Shown: positions 11,180 through 21,846 of the stretch, in pieces
Layout of the letters: every line of letters begins with the position of its first letter
Numbering within the stretch: the stretch's first letter is position 1
Notes under the pieces: generated by a model
What the model saw: only the letters and a program-made list of their open reading frames with translations
What the model was told of the DNA's origin: nothing
Database searches by the model: none
Source: Kofleriaceae bacterium
Lineage (GTDB): Bacteria > Myxococcota_A > Polyangia > Haliangiales > Haliangiaceae
Length of the DNA stretch: 64,000 nt
Direction: 5' to 3'
NCBI GenBank assembly: GCA_965215005.1
Contig: CBDCCZ010000004.1
Location: forward strand, 64,001-128,000
Made by a program: the position numbers and the translations under genes

Positions 11180-12850
11180 TCAATCCAGCGGCGTCGCATG
11201 AGCGGCAGCGATGTCGCCGTGGCCTTCTTTCCATAAGGCTTGGTGCAGCGCGCGGAGAAGCTCATCGAACGAGGTGGGGTCGAGAGCGGAGAGCAAGATG
11301 CCGTCGTAGAAGGCAGCGCGAAAGTGAGCCTCGTCGACTCCGAGCTTGTCGACCTTGTTGAAGACGACGAGTCGCGGTTTCTCCGCCAGCTCGAGCTCGG
11401 CAAGAATGGCGGTGACAGAGTCGATTTGCTGCTCGTAATCATCATCGCTGGCGTCGACCACGTGCACGAGCAAGTCGGCTTCTGTGAGCTCTTCGAGAGT
11501 GGCGCGAAACGCCCGCGCTAGATCTGCAGGCAAGTCGCGAATGAAGCCCACGGTGTCGATGAGCACCACCTCGCGCTCATAAGGGAATCGCAGGCGCCGG
11601 CTGATCGGGTCGAGCGTGGCGAAGAGTTTGTCTTCGGCGAGCGCGTCACTGCCGGTAAGTTGATTGAGCAGCGTCGACTTGCCGGCGTTGGTGTAGCCAA
11701 CAAGCGCGATGATCGGCACGCCGCGATCGTGACGGCGCTGTCGCCGCAGCCGGCGGCGCTTGCCCAATTCCTCGAGCTCTTTCTCGAGCAGAGTGACGCG
11801 GTCGCGAGCGCGCCGGCGACTCACCTCGAGCTTGGTTTCGCCCGGACCACGACCGCCGATGCCACCGGTGAGACGGGACATCATGGTGTTCTTTTCGGCC
11901 AATCTCGGCAGCGCGTACTTGAGCTGTGCGAGCTCGACCTGCAGCTTGCCGTCGCGACTGCGGGCGTGCTGCGCGAAGATGTCGAGGATGAGCATCGTAC
12001 GGTCGAGAATCTTCAGCTCGGTATCGTCGCTGATCGCTCGCGCCTGCCCCGGCGTGAGGTCTTGATCGAAGATGACAGTCTCGGCACCGAGCTGCATGGC
12101 TCGCAACAGCAGCTGTTCGAGCTTGCCGCGGCCCACCAGAAAACGCGGATCGGCTTCGTCGCGCTGCTGAGTGATTACGTCGAGAACCCGAACGCCGGCG
12201 GTGCGGCATAGCTCGCGCAGCTCGGCGATACGCGCGTCGCTGTCGGCAGCGCGGCCGAGCGCGACGTGGACGAGCAATACGCGATCGCCGGTTTCGTCGG
12301 TCAACAGCGGCTTCGAGGTTCGGGCAAACTCGGCCTCGAGTGCGTTCATGAGCGCATCGAAGCGCGTGGTCTGTTGATGTGGATCTTCGGCGGGAAGCTC
12401 GCGCCACAGCTCGCCATCCGGGTTGTCCGGCAACAGATGCCCGAGATACAGCTTGCCGGGCCGGCCATCGGGCTCCACGGTCACCGCCGCGACCAGATCG
12501 AGGCGAAGCAGGGCGAGGTCGGTGAGATCGTCGTGGCTGAGCGACTCGCCGCGCAAGTGGGTGTGTACCAGCCGCAGACCGCGAAAGCGCCCCGGTGCAC
12601 CGCGTAGCCGGCCCACGTCGGGGAGCATGATGCGCGTGGCGTCGCCGACCATGACGTGCTCGATCGCGCCGCGGCGATTGATCAGCACGCCGATCTGTCG
12701 GTGCAGCTGCGCAGATTGCTCGGTCATGAACGCGAGCAACTCCGGCGAGGCCACATCCGTAGGCGCTACGCGCCGGCGATAGATGCGCGCCAGCGCTTTG
12801 ACCGCACTGGCCTTGAGGCCGGCGGTATTGCCGATTACGTCCTGTTTCAT
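11180..12850 (-). CDS. hflX: GTPase HflX (long N-terminal form)
   Basis: [35 protein letters not shown]. Confidence 0.96.
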   Translation of the reverse strand: MKQDVIGNTAGLKASAVKALARIYRRRVAPTDVASPELLAFMTEQSAQLHRQIGVLINRRGAIEHVMVGDATRIMLPDVGRLRGAPGRFRGLRLVHTHLRGESLSHDDLTDLALLRLDLVAAVTVEPDGRPGKLYLGHLLPDNPDGELWRELPAEDPHQQTTRFDALMNALEAEFARTSKPLLTDETGDRVLLVHVALGRAADSDARIAELRELCRTAGVRVLDVITQQRDEADPRFLVGRGKLEQLLLRAMQLGAETVIFDQDLTPGQARAISDDTELKILDRTMLILDIFAQHARSRDGKLQVELAQLKYALPRLAEKNTMMSRLTGGIGGRGPGETKLEVSRRRARDRVTLLEKELEELGKRRRLRRQRRHDRGVPIIALVGYTNAGKSTLLNQLTGSDALAEDKLFATLDPISRRLRFPYEREVVLIDTVGFIRDLPADLARAFRATLEELTEADLLVHVVDASDDDYEQQIDSVTAILAELELAEKPRLVVFNKVDKLGVDEAHFRAAFYDGILLSALDPTSFDELLRALHQALWKEGHGDIAAAHATPLD

Positions 12851-12892
12851 GCAGTAAAACTCTACGACGCTACGGCGTCGTCCGCCCGTATA

Positions 12893-14083
12893 ATGGCTGT
12901 CGTGCGCCGTAGGTTTACTGCCCTCGCTGTGCACCAGCAACCGGAAGCACTTGGCGAGCTGGTGGAGCTATTGTCGTTTCCGGAGCTACGCGTGGAAACG
13001 GCACGCTCCGCCACAGAAGCGCACAATAAGCTCATCGCTGGCCAATACTCGGTGATTCTCGTTGGTCATCGACCGCCCGAGCTCGACGGCGTAGAGCTCC
13101 TCGAGCGAACGCTCACCAGCAGCCCCGATGCACTTCGCATCCTGCTCGTGAGTCATCCCGACGAGGCGCTCGAGGTCGACTATCGGCATGGTCCCACCGG
13201 AAAGGTGATGCGGTTCGTCGCACGGCCGAGCGAGCGGAGCCGTCTCACCGGGTTGATTGGTGAGAGCATCAAGCTCCTTTGCTTACTCGAGGATCAGCGG
13301 GCGATGGTGCGCAAGCTCGGCATCGAGTACGAGCGTCTGCAGCGCCGTGAGACGCTGCTCGATGTAGTCGTCAAGGAGCGGACCAAGGAGCTCGAGGAGA
13401 GCTACTTGAAGCTCAAAGCTGCCAACCGGCAAGCGCTGTTTGGGCTCGCCGAGGCAATCGAAGCCAAAGACCCGTATACCAAAGGTCACTGCGGGCGAGT
13501 CGCCGCGTACAGCTTGGTGCTCGCGCAGGAAGCCGGCTATCCCGATGAAGGCCTGGAAACCCTCGAGTTTGGCGCGTTCCTCCACGATATTGGCAAAATC
13601 GGCACCCGCGATTCGGTTCTGCTCAAGCCCGGTCCGCTCGACGAGACCGAGTGGGCGCACATGCGCGAGCACCCGCTGCGCGGCTTCGAGATCGCCTCGC
13701 AGATCGAGATGCTCGAGCCAATCATGCCGGCGGTTCGCAATCATCACGAGCGCTGGGATGGCGACGGCTATCCCGATCGAATGGTCGCCGAAGCAATCCC
13801 GTTGGTTGCCCGCATCGTTGCCATCGCCGATGCCTACGACGCGATGGCAACGGATCGTCCTTACAAGAAGGCGTTGCCGCTCGACGAGTGCGAGATGCTG
13901 CTGCGCAAGAGCGCCGGTAAGATGTACGACCCCGAGCTAATCGAGATCTTCGTCAGTCGGCATATCGGGGCCATCTACCGCGATGAGTACGATGGGCAGG
14001 CCTGCGACGACGGCTACGGCACAGAGCGAGAAGGCCGTGCACCTACCGAGCACGACGTCCTGGAGAACATCGGCCGCAACTGA
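12893..14083 (+). CDS. Degenerate-receiver HD-GYP cyclic-dinucleotide phosphodiesterase (alternative start GTG 12902)
   Basis: [37 protein letters not shown]. Confidence 0.9.
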   Translation: MAVVRRRFTALAVHQQPEALGELVELLSFPELRVETARSATEAHNKLIAGQYSVILVGHRPPELDGVELLERTLTSSPDALRILLVSHPDEALEVDYRHGPTGKVMRFVARPSERSRLTGLIGESIKLLCLLEDQRAMVRKLGIEYERLQRRETLLDVVVKERTKELEESYLKLKAANRQALFGLAEAIEAKDPYTKGHCGRVAAYSLVLAQEAGYPDEGLETLEFGAFLHDIGKIGTRDSVLLKPGPLDETEWAHMREHPLRGFEIASQIEMLEPIMPAVRNHHERWDGDGYPDRMVAEAIPLVARIVAIADAYDAMATDRPYKKALPLDECEMLLRKSAGKMYDPELIEIFVSRHIGAIYRDEYDGQACDDGYGTEREGRAPTEHDVLENIGRN

Positions 14084-14151
14084 ACCTGGCGCTGCCGAGC
14101 GTGTGACGGCTAAGGAACGCAGGGCAAAGCTGGTGCGGCTGCGCGAGTGGG

Positions 14152-17100
14152 CTAGCTTTCCTCGCCGGTCGAGGTCGCGGAGTGCAGCTCGTGCGTCGTT
14201 ACATTTTCATCGAGCAGGGTGAGGGCGATAGCCAGTGCTTTCTTCGCCTTGGTGACGGTGTCGTCGTCGCGCCGGATCTTTTGGTAGGCCTTTAGGACCT
14301 GCTCCTGATAGGCCGCGTTCTGCGCTTTGAGCTCTTCGAGATCGGCTTCGAGACGCTCTAGCGTTGCCTCGTGCGCTTCGATCGTTTCGCGGTGGGCATC
14401 GAGCTCGGCGTCGCGGGCGGCGATCAGCTCATTGGCGGTGCTCAGCTCCGCTTGACGCTCTACCAAGCTCGCGTTAGTGGCGTCGAGGGACGTGGCGAGC
14501 CGGTCTCGCTGCGCCGTGAGTGCCTCGGCGGCCTGGCGATGTTGCGCCCGCATCTCGTCGGTCTCGGTCTGGAAATCCAGCCTCATGACGCGCTCGGCTT
14601 CGCCGCGATCCTGCTGTGCTCGCTCGAGCGCTTCCCGCTTATCGTTTTCGGCGTCGGCGAGTGCTTTGGCCTTGTCGTCTTCGGCGGCGGCGAGCTCGCG
14701 TTCGCGGCGCTGTTCGGCGTCGGCGAGTGCTTTGGCCTTATCGTCTTCGGCTGCGGCGAGCTCGCGTTCGCGGCGCTGTTCGGCGTCGGCTAGTGCTTTG
14801 GCCTTGTCGTCTTCGGCGGCGGCGAGCTCGCGTTCGCGGCGCTGTTCGGCGTCTGCGAGTGCTTTGGTCTTATCGTCTTCGGCGGCGGCGAGCTCGCGTT
14901 CGCGGCGCTCTTCGGCGTCGGCGAGCTCACGCTGGCCGTGTTGAATTGCCTCGCGATGCTCGCGGTCGAGCCGCGCCAGCTGGCCCGCGTGCTGATCGGT
15001 GAGCGTCTGCAGCGCCTGCCGATGGCCCGCGGTCAACGTGGCCGTCTCCTCCTCGTGTTGGGCTGCGAGGCTCTCCAGTGCCTCCTGGTGAGCGTCCTGC
15101 TCGGCTGCGCGCGCTCGTGTGGCCTCAGCGAGCGCTTGCTCGCTGCGTTCCTTTAGCGATGCCAGCTGAGCGCGAAGTGCCTCTGCGACCTGGGTGGACT
15201 CCGAGCGCAGCGTGGCGAGTGCTCGTTCGCTTTCTTCGCGCAGCGCGGCACGAGCGGTTTCGTGCTGCTCAGCTTGCGCCGCAGCGTCGCGCGCGTGCTC
15301 TTGCGCAAGCGCCGCGGCAGCTTGCTCACTTTGACTCGCCAGGGCCTCGAGCTGCTGCTCGTGCTCGCTCCGCAGAGCGGCAAGAGCGGTCTGGTTTTGC
15401 CTGCGCAACGACTCGAGCTCGCCCGTATGCTGCTCTTGCAGCGCCGCCTGAGCCTCCGCGCTCGCTCGTTGTTGGTCTTCGAGCGTGCGCGTGTGCGACT
15501 CGTTCAAGCCGTGTAGCGCGCGCTTTTGGGCGGCGTCGGCGTCGGCAAGCGCTTGTTCTTTGGCCTCGGCGGCATCGAGCAGCGCCTGTTCGTGCTCACG
15601 CCGCTGTGCCGCCAGCGCCGAAATCTTGGCCTCTTCGGCCTCGACGAGCGCCTTATCGCGGGTTTCTTCGGCGGCGGCGAGCTCACGACGATGCGCCTCT
15701 TCGACTCGCGCCAGCGCATCGCGATGGCGCTCCTCGACCTCGGCTCGATCCCTCTCTGCCCGCTCCTCCGCTGCGTCGGCCGCGCGCTGGGCCTCGGCTG
15801 CGTGCGCTTGCAGCGCCGCTTCCCGCTGCTCGGTTAGCTCATCGCGCAATGCCGCCAGCTCTTCGAGCTGAACGCGCTCGCGCTCATGACTGGCGTGCTC
15901 ATGCTCTCGCTGCACCGCCTCGAGCGCCGCCGCATTTTTGCTAGCCAGCTCCTCGAGCGCTGAGTCATGCGCTCGCTCGAGCTGCTCGCGCTCTTTTGCG
16001 GCACGAGCGGCGCGCTCGTCCGCGAGTTGCTCGCGCTCCTGCAGCGTCGCCTCGAGCTGAGAACTGGCCTTGCGCGCCCGCTCAAGCTCGCTTTCGAGCG
16101 CTACGCCGCGTCCGCGCAGCTCGTCGAGCTCGCTTTCGAGGTTGGCACTTCGTTCCCGCAGCTCGCCGAGCTCGTCTTCGACCGCGCGCCGCTGGGCCTG
16201 CGACTCGCGCGTTGCCCGCTCGGCTCGATCGACGGTCTCACTGTCTTCTAAAAGCCGCTGCTCGAGCTCGAGGTTCTTGGCATCGAGCGCGGTCTTGGAA
16301 TGCTCTAGCTGCCGCAGGCGGTCGTTGATCTCGAGGATCTGGCGGTCCTTGCCACCCACCTCGTCGCGCAGCTCGAGGATCTCGCGTTCTTTCTTGTTGA
16401 TGAGCTCGCGGAGGTTTAGGAACTCACGCTCGCGCGAGAACGACTTGCCGACTTCGGGTTGCTCGCGCGACTTCTCGAGCTCGGCCTCCAGGCGCTGATT
16501 CTCGCGCTCGAGCGCATGCAGCTTCTGCAAGGTGCGGCGGTCGTGAACCCCCGACTGCTCTTCGTCGGCAGCGCGGGCGACCTCTTCGAGACCGAGATCG
16601 AGCTCGGCAGGCTTGTTGACCGGCGCCTCGACGCGCGCGTTATCCGCGGCCTCGGCGGCGGCGGCGGCGGCCATCAGCGCTGCGGCATTTATGGTGGCCA
16701 CCTGCGTGGGTTTTTCTTCTGGCATCTCGAAGCCGACCGGCTCCGACGCGGTCGCGAAGTCGGCTTCGGAATCGTCCGCGGCCGCTTCAGCAAACGGCGA
16801 TTCGGGCTCGGACTCGGCGCCGACGTCTTCGAAGCCCAGCTCTGCCGCCGATAGCTCTGCCGCCGACAGCTCTGCCGCGCTTTCTTCTTCTTCGGCGGCG
16901 GGATCGTCGGCGAGTGCGGAGAAATCCTCGGTGAGCATCGCAAAGGCGGCGTCGGTTTCAGCGTCGATGCCCTCGTCGATCAACAGGTTCGGAGGCGCGA
17001 CGGTGGTCTTTTCCACCGCTTCTTCGGCAAAGTCACTCAGATCAGCGCCAAGCTCGAGATCATCGGCGTCGATTTCGTCGACCAAGACGTCGTTCTGCAG

Positions 17101-17547
17101 CTCGACATCTCCGAGCTCCATCTCTTCGACATCTACCGGAATCTCGAGATCGTCCACCTCACCGATCTCACCGAGGCCGATCAAGTTATCGAGCTTGCCG
17201 ATGAGCACGTGCGGATTCAGGTCGCGCTTGTCGAAGTATTCGTCGGCGTGGGCGCGTAGCTTCCGATGGCTCTGAAACCCCGAAGACGGCACCGACTGCG
17301 TGGTCAGGACAATAGGAATGTCAGCGGCAATCCCCTTCTTCGCCTTGTTGCACAGCGAATAGCCGAGCTTTTCCGGCTCCTCGACAGCGATGAAGATGAC
17401 CTCCGGTTGAATGTCGTGCACCTGATCGAGCGCCTCTGCGCTTTCTTCGACTGCATAGATCTCGAAGCCGTAAGGAGCGAGTTGCTGGTCGAGGAGGCGA
17501 TGAAATTCTGGATCAGAGTCGATGAGGAGAAGGCGGCGTGAGCCCAT
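14152..17547 (-). CDS. frzS: FrzS-like pseudo-receiver + very long coiled-coil protein
   Basis: Receiver lacks the phosphoacceptor Asp (IFIAVE); [15 protein letters not shown] matches the FrzS signature as recalled; C-terminal [13 protein letters not shown]; downstream of ald-ECF-anti-sigma. Confidence 0.8.
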   Translation of the reverse strand: MGSRRLLLIDSDPEFHRLLDQQLAPYGFEIYAVEESAEALDQVHDIQPEVIFIAVEEPEKLGYSLCNKAKKGIAADIPIVLTTQSVPSSGFQSHRKLRAHADEYFDKRDLNPHVLIGKLDNLIGLGEIGEVDDLEIPVDVEEMELGDVELQNDVLVDEIDADDLELGADLSDFAEEAVEKTTVAPPNLLIDEGIDAETDAAFAMLTEDFSALADDPAAEEEESAAELSAAELSAAELGFEDVGAESEPESPFAEAAADDSEADFATASEPVGFEMPEEKPTQVATINAAALMAAAAAAEAADNARVEAPVNKPAELDLGLEEVARAADEEQSGVHDRRTLQKLHALERENQRLEAELEKSREQPEVGKSFSREREFLNLRELINKKEREILELRDEVGGKDRQILEINDRLRQLEHSKTALDAKNLELEQRLLEDSETVDRAERATRESQAQRRAVEDELGELRERSANLESELDELRGRGVALESELERARKASSQLEATLQEREQLADERAARAAKEREQLERAHDSALEELASKNAAALEAVQREHEHASHERERVQLEELAALRDELTEQREAALQAHAAEAQRAADAAEERAERDRAEVEERHRDALARVEEAHRRELAAAEETRDKALVEAEEAKISALAAQRREHEQALLDAAEAKEQALADADAAQKRALHGLNESHTRTLEDQQRASAEAQAALQEQHTGELESLRRQNQTALAALRSEHEQQLEALASQSEQAAAALAQEHARDAAAQAEQHETARAALREESERALATLRSESTQVAEALRAQLASLKERSEQALAEATRARAAEQDAHQEALESLAAQHEEETATLTAGHRQALQTLTDQHAGQLARLDREHREAIQHGQRELADAEERRERELAAAEDDKTKALADAEQRRERELAAAEDDKAKALADAEQRRERELAAAEDDKAKALADAEQRRERELAAAEDDKAKALADAENDKREALERAQQDRGEAERVMRLDFQTETDEMRAQHRQAAEALTAQRDRLATSLDATNASLVERQAELSTANELIAARDAELDAHRETIEAHEATLERLEADLEELKAQNAAYQEQVLKAYQKIRRDDDTVTKAKKALAIALTLLDENVTTHELHSATSTGEES
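14648..14927. repeat. In-frame 66-bp tandem repeat (22 aa, [22 protein letters not shown]), 4 full copies plus a partial
   Basis: Units start at 14648, 14714, 14780, 14846, 14912. Confidence 0.95.
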
Positions 17548-17677
17548 GAGCCGGCGGTCCTTTCGCTGCGCCAAAAGTCTATCGCGCGCGTCGACAGGGC
17601 CGCAACGACACGAATGTGGGTAGCCGCCGTGCAGGCGCTGCGATGTAGGGCTTCAGCGTTGCGCAGAGGGCAGCAGC

Positions 17678-18490
17678 TCAGCGGGCGCGAAGACGTTCGT
17701 TGACGCGCAGCAATAAGTCTGAGCTGCCTACGAGATCGACGAGTTGGCGCTCATCCATGTCGGAAGAGGTGAACACGTAGCCGATACCGTCTGGCGCCTT
17801 GTAGGCAACCACGCTGAGCCCGAGTTGTCCGTCGATCCACAGCTCGCGGCCATCGATCACCTGTCGACGGCTGCCGCGAAATGCGAGATTCGAAGCATCG
17901 ATTATGTGCGCCTGCACTTCGTGAAGCCGCCCAAAGCTCTCTACTTCATAGAACAGCTGCGCAGCATCGAGACCGCGAAGATGTGACAGCCGAGCACCCT
18001 TGAGACGGATGTCAGAGCTCGAGAACCGCGGCACCTCGATGCTGGGTCGAAAGTGCTCGTGCAGCCACGGAGACACCGCTGCGCCTTGCACTTCGATGGG
18101 CGGCTGCCGCAGGTGTTGTTGCACGGCAGCGTGAGTCACCAAGTCTTCATTGCGACTCGAGCCTGGCGCCACCACGAACACCGCGAGCGCCGCGGCCGCT
18201 GCCACCGTTGCTGCACCCGGCAGCGCCCACGACCGCAGTAGCTGCGCTCGACTCTGGCGATCTTCGGCGTCAAGAGCGCGGAGAAGACGCCGCTCCAATA
18301 GCTCTGGTACCGGCGGTGGCGCTAGATGCATCCGCATCGTGTCGCTAAAGCGGGTCTCGGCGTCGACGCGATCGGCGCAGCTAGCGCAATCCGCCAGATG
18401 CGACTCGAAGTCGATGCGCTCGTGCTCATCGAGCTCGTCGTCTAGATAGCTAAAGAGGAGATTTTCGATCTCTGCGCACTGAATCGACAT
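17678..18490 (-). CDS. Zinc-finger (ZAS) membrane anti-sigma factor
   Basis: HLADCASC (HxxxCxxC), one TM segment, C-terminal domain; 3 bp downstream of the ECF sigma. Confidence 0.9.
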   Translation of the reverse strand: MSIQCAEIENLLFSYLDDELDEHERIDFESHLADCASCADRVDAETRFSDTMRMHLAPPPVPELLERRLLRALDAEDRQSRAQLLRSWALPGAATVAAAAALAVFVVAPGSSRNEDLVTHAAVQQHLRQPPIEVQGAAVSPWLHEHFRPSIEVPRFSSSDIRLKGARLSHLRGLDAAQLFYEVESFGRLHEVQAHIIDASNLAFRGSRRQVIDGRELWIDGQLGLSVVAYKAPDGIGYVFTSSDMDERQLVDLVGSSDLLLRVNERLRAR

Positions 18491-18493
18491 GGA

Positions 18494-19156
18494 TCAACTT
18501 CTCCGCTGGCGCCGATAGGCATCCAGGTCGATGGCGGCTTCGTCGGTCGCAGTATCAGGTGTATCATCGCTCGTAGGTTCCTCCGCGCGAATGATGCCTT
18601 CGGCAACTGCGAACGAGCGAAGCGACTTCTTGAGGAGGCGACGCCCACGATACAGGCGGCTCATGACAGTTCCGACCGGACACTCCATGATCTCGGCGAT
18701 CTCTTTGTACGAGAACCCTTCCACGTCGCAGAGAACCACCGCCAAGCGGAAGTCTGCGGGCAAGGCTTCGAGTGCTCTTGCGACGTCATCCGAGAGCGTG
18801 CGATCGATCAGCTGACGTTCGGGGTCGCGAAGGCTAGCGGCGTCTTCCTGCACCAACACGCCATCGGTCGCGGCCTGCTCGGCGGCGGCCGCGGCAATCA
18901 CCTCTCGACCGCGTTTGCGCTTCTGATAGCTAGTGATGAAGGTGTTCGTCAAGATGCGAAACAGCCACGCTTTGCAGTTCGAGTCCTTCTGAAACGAGTC
19001 CCAGAAGCGGTAGGCGCGCAACATCGCGTCTTGCACCAGATCTTCGGCGTCTCGCGGATTGCGAGTGAGACGATAGGCGGCGCCGTAGAGCGAGTTTAGG
19101 TGCGGCAGCGCGAGCGTCTCGAACTCGGCACGGGCTGGTTTTTTGCGACGTAACAT
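18494..19156 (-). CDS. rpoE1: ECF sigma factor (RpoE1/SigR-like)
   Basis: [43 protein letters not shown]; symbol rests on synteny between ald and frzS. Confidence 0.85.
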   Translation of the reverse strand: MLRRKKPARAEFETLALPHLNSLYGAAYRLTRNPRDAEDLVQDAMLRAYRFWDSFQKDSNCKAWLFRILTNTFITSYQKRKRGREVIAAAAAEQAATDGVLVQEDAASLRDPERQLIDRTLSDDVARALEALPADFRLAVVLCDVEGFSYKEIAEIMECPVGTVMSRLYRGRRLLKKSLRSFAVAEGIIRAEEPTSDDTPDTATDEAAIDLDAYRRQRRS

Positions 19157-19171
19157 GGTGACCAAGAGCTG

Positions 19172-19197
19172 AACCGGGCAGATGAGAAGCTTATTCC
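19172..19197 (-). promoter_or_regulatory. Putative autoregulatory ECF promoter GGAAT-N18-GTT
   Basis: Minus strand GGAAT aagcttctcatctgcccg GTT immediately upstream of the sigma gene; SigR-type consensus. Confidence 0.65.
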
Positions 19198-19471
19198 CGC
19201 TCGCCCGGGATTCGCTAACTAGCCATTCGCAAACGAATATTGCCTGGCCCAGCCCCAGGATTTCCTATCGGCCGCCTCACGCGCAGCCGATAGGGCGGAT
19301 ACGCGGTGAGAGCGTGCGGCGAGGACCACAGGCGAAGAGGGCCGGCCAGTGGTGCGCGGCGACGCCGAAGAGGGCGGTTGCGCAGCGCGCATCAGCCGCC
19401 CTTGCCCCGCATTGGGCGGCCGATCCGTGCGTCATCAATTCCGCGGCGTCGTAGGCGACTGCGAGCTCAGC

Positions 19472-20578
19472 TCAAGCCGCGAACGGCGTGTGATCGACAC
19501 CGAGCGCTTCGGCGACCGCGCGATGGGTGCAGCCACCGCGATACGTGTTGATGCCGCGCTCGATGGCCGGGTCATCTTTGGCAGCTTTGACCAATCCTTT
19601 GTCGGCCAGTGCGGCGACGTAACGAAGCGTGTCGTTGGTGAGCGCGAAGGTCGAGGTCCGTGGCACCGCGCCAGGCATGTTGGCGACGCAGTAGTGGATC
19701 ACGTCGTGCACGGTGTAGGTCGGGTCTTTGTGCGTGGTGGGGCGACAAGTGGCAACGCAGCCGCCCTGATCCACCGATACGTCGACGACCACTGAGCCGG
19801 CTTCCATCTTGCGAATCATGTCTTCGGTGACCAAATGCGGAGCCCGCGCACCGGTGATCAACACGGCGCCAACCACCAAATCCGCGCTCAGCACTGACTC
19901 TTCGATCGAAACCGGATCCGAGTAGAGGGTCTGAATGCGGCCCTCGTAGATGTCATCGAGGTAGGCCAGGGTGGCGCGGTTGACATCGAGCACCGTGACC
20001 TGCGCGCCGAGCCCGATAGCGACGCGGGCTGCGTTGGCGCCAACCACACCGCCGCCGATGATCGCCACGCGACCACGCCGCACTCCGGGCACGCCGCCGA
20101 GCAGGATGCCCTTGCCGCCGCGCTCACGCTCGAGATACATCGCGCCCGCCTGCACCGCCATGCGTCCAGCGACCGCGCTCATGGGGGTGAGGAGCGGTAG
20201 CTTGCCGGGCGAGGGCTCGATGGTCTCGTAGGCAACGGCATCGACTTTTCGCTTCATGAGCTCATGGCCGAGCTCATGGGCCGCGGCGAGATGCAAATAC
20301 GTAAACAGCAGCTGGCCCTCGCGCATCAGCGGAAACTCGGGTGCGATCGGCTCCTTGACCTTGACGATCATCTCCGCGCGCTTCCAGACTTCTTGTTGCG
20401 ACGCGACGATCGTGGCGCCAGCGCGCTCGAACTCCTCATCTTGAATGGATGAGCCAACGCCAGCGCCGCGCTCGATGAGCACCTCGTGACCGGCACCGGT
20501 CAACACGGCAGCGCCGGCTGGCGTCATGCCGACGCGGAACTCTTGAGTCTTGATCTCTTTCGGTACACCAATACGCAT
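19472..20578 (-). CDS. ald: Alanine dehydrogenase
   Basis: [51 protein letters not shown]. Confidence 0.97.
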   Translation of the reverse strand: MRIGVPKEIKTQEFRVGMTPAGAAVLTGAGHEVLIERGAGVGSSIQDEEFERAGATIVASQQEVWKRAEMIVKVKEPIAPEFPLMREGQLLFTYLHLAAAHELGHELMKRKVDAVAYETIEPSPGKLPLLTPMSAVAGRMAVQAGAMYLERERGGKGILLGGVPGVRRGRVAIIGGGVVGANAARVAIGLGAQVTVLDVNRATLAYLDDIYEGRIQTLYSDPVSIEESVLSADLVVGAVLITGARAPHLVTEDMIRKMEAGSVVVDVSVDQGGCVATCRPTTHKDPTYTVHDVIHYCVANMPGAVPRTSTFALTNDTLRYVAALADKGLVKAAKDDPAIERGINTYRGGCTHRAVAEALGVDHTPFAA

Positions 20579-20588
20579 GGTGCGCGGG

Positions 20589-20618
20589 ACTATCTGATGG
20601 CGCTTCAAGAACTGTCAA
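20589..20618 (-). promoter_or_regulatory. Putative sigma70 promoter of ald, TTGACA-N18-GATAGT
   Basis: Perfect -35; weak -10 ending 10 nt before the ATG. Confidence 0.45.
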
Positions 20619-20640
20619 TAGCGCGGTGCTAGCGCATTGC

Positions 20641-21831
20641 TCAGCTGCGATAGTCAGCGTTGATGGTGACGTAGTCGTGAGACAGGTCGCACGCGAGATA
20701 CTGACCGCTACCAGGGCCCATGTTCAAATCGATGATGATTGGATAGCGCGGCGCGGTCATCACTTTGGCCGCGCTGGCTTCAATATCCGCTGCGACGCGG
20801 GCGCCGCCGGCAACGACTTGAACTTCGCCGATGAAGAGGTCGATCGATGCCGGCCGCACGGCAACGCCGGCGTTGCCAGCGGCGCACAAGATGCGTCCCC
20901 AGTTGGGATCGGCACCGGCGATGGCGGTCTTGACCAGCGGCGAGTTGGCGATGCGGCGCGCGATGGTCTGCGCCGCGCGGTCGCTGGCAGCGCCGCGTAC
21001 GCGGATGGTGACGACGTGGTGCACGCCCTCGCCCTGGCTCATGAGCGCCTGAGCGAGCTCATCGAGAAGCTCGGTGAGGGCGGTGGCAAACGCAGTAAGA
21101 GCCTTGCCGCGCAGCGCGCGGCGATTACCAACGCCGCTGGCGAGCACCACGATCATATCGTTGGTGGAGGTGTCGCCGTCGACGGTGATGGCGTTGAAGG
21201 TCGTGGCGCACGCCGAGCCGAGCGTCTGTTGCAGCGCAGCGCTCGAGACGCGTGCGTCGGTGGTGACGAAGGTGAGCGTGGTGGCCATGTTGGGCGCGAT
21301 CATGCCGGCGCCCTTGGTGCAGCCGATGATCGTGATGGTCTCGCCGTTGATGGTGAGCGAGCGCTGCGCGGTCTTGGCGGCTCGATCGGTCGTGAGAATG
21401 GCCTCTGCAAAGCCGCTGAAGCCATCGCCATGCAGTTGCTTGCAAGCTTGTTCGATGCCGGCGGCGACCGCGTCGATGGGAAGCGGCACGCCGATGACGC
21501 CCGTGGATGCCACGATGACCTCATCAGCCGTGCTGTCGATGAGAGCCGCGGTTTGCCGCGCCATGGTTCGCGCATCGCGCAGCCCGCTGGCGCCGGTGCA
21601 GGCGTTGGCGTTGCCGCTGTTGACGACCACGGCCCGAACGACGCCCGCGGTGCGGGCAAGCGCGGCGCGGGAGACTCGCACCGGTGCTGCCGCCAAGCGA
21701 TTCTTGGTGAACACCGCCGCCGCGGTCGCAGCGCCGTCGCAGGCGATGATGCCTAGATCGGGGAGGCCGCTACTCTTGATGCCGCAAGCGAGGGCGGCGA
21801 AGCGGAAGCCCGCACAGCAAAGCGAAGCCAT
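20641..21831 (-). CDS. argJ: Ornithine acetyltransferase ArgJ
   Basis: NSGNANACTG, KGAGMIAPNMATTL, DGDTSTND, DPNWGRI, INADYRS. Confidence 0.97.
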   Translation of the reverse strand: MASLCCAGFRFAALACGIKSSGLPDLGIIACDGAATAAAVFTKNRLAAAPVRVSRAALARTAGVVRAVVVNSGNANACTGASGLRDARTMARQTAALIDSTADEVIVASTGVIGVPLPIDAVAAGIEQACKQLHGDGFSGFAEAILTTDRAAKTAQRSLTINGETITIIGCTKGAGMIAPNMATTLTFVTTDARVSSAALQQTLGSACATTFNAITVDGDTSTNDMIVVLASGVGNRRALRGKALTAFATALTELLDELAQALMSQGEGVHHVVTIRVRGAASDRAAQTIARRIANSPLVKTAIAGADPNWGRILCAAGNAGVAVRPASIDLFIGEVQVVAGGARVAADIEASAAKVMTAPRYPIIIDLNMGPGSGQYLACDLSHDYVTINADYRS

Positions 21832-21846
21832 GCGTCCACGTATACC

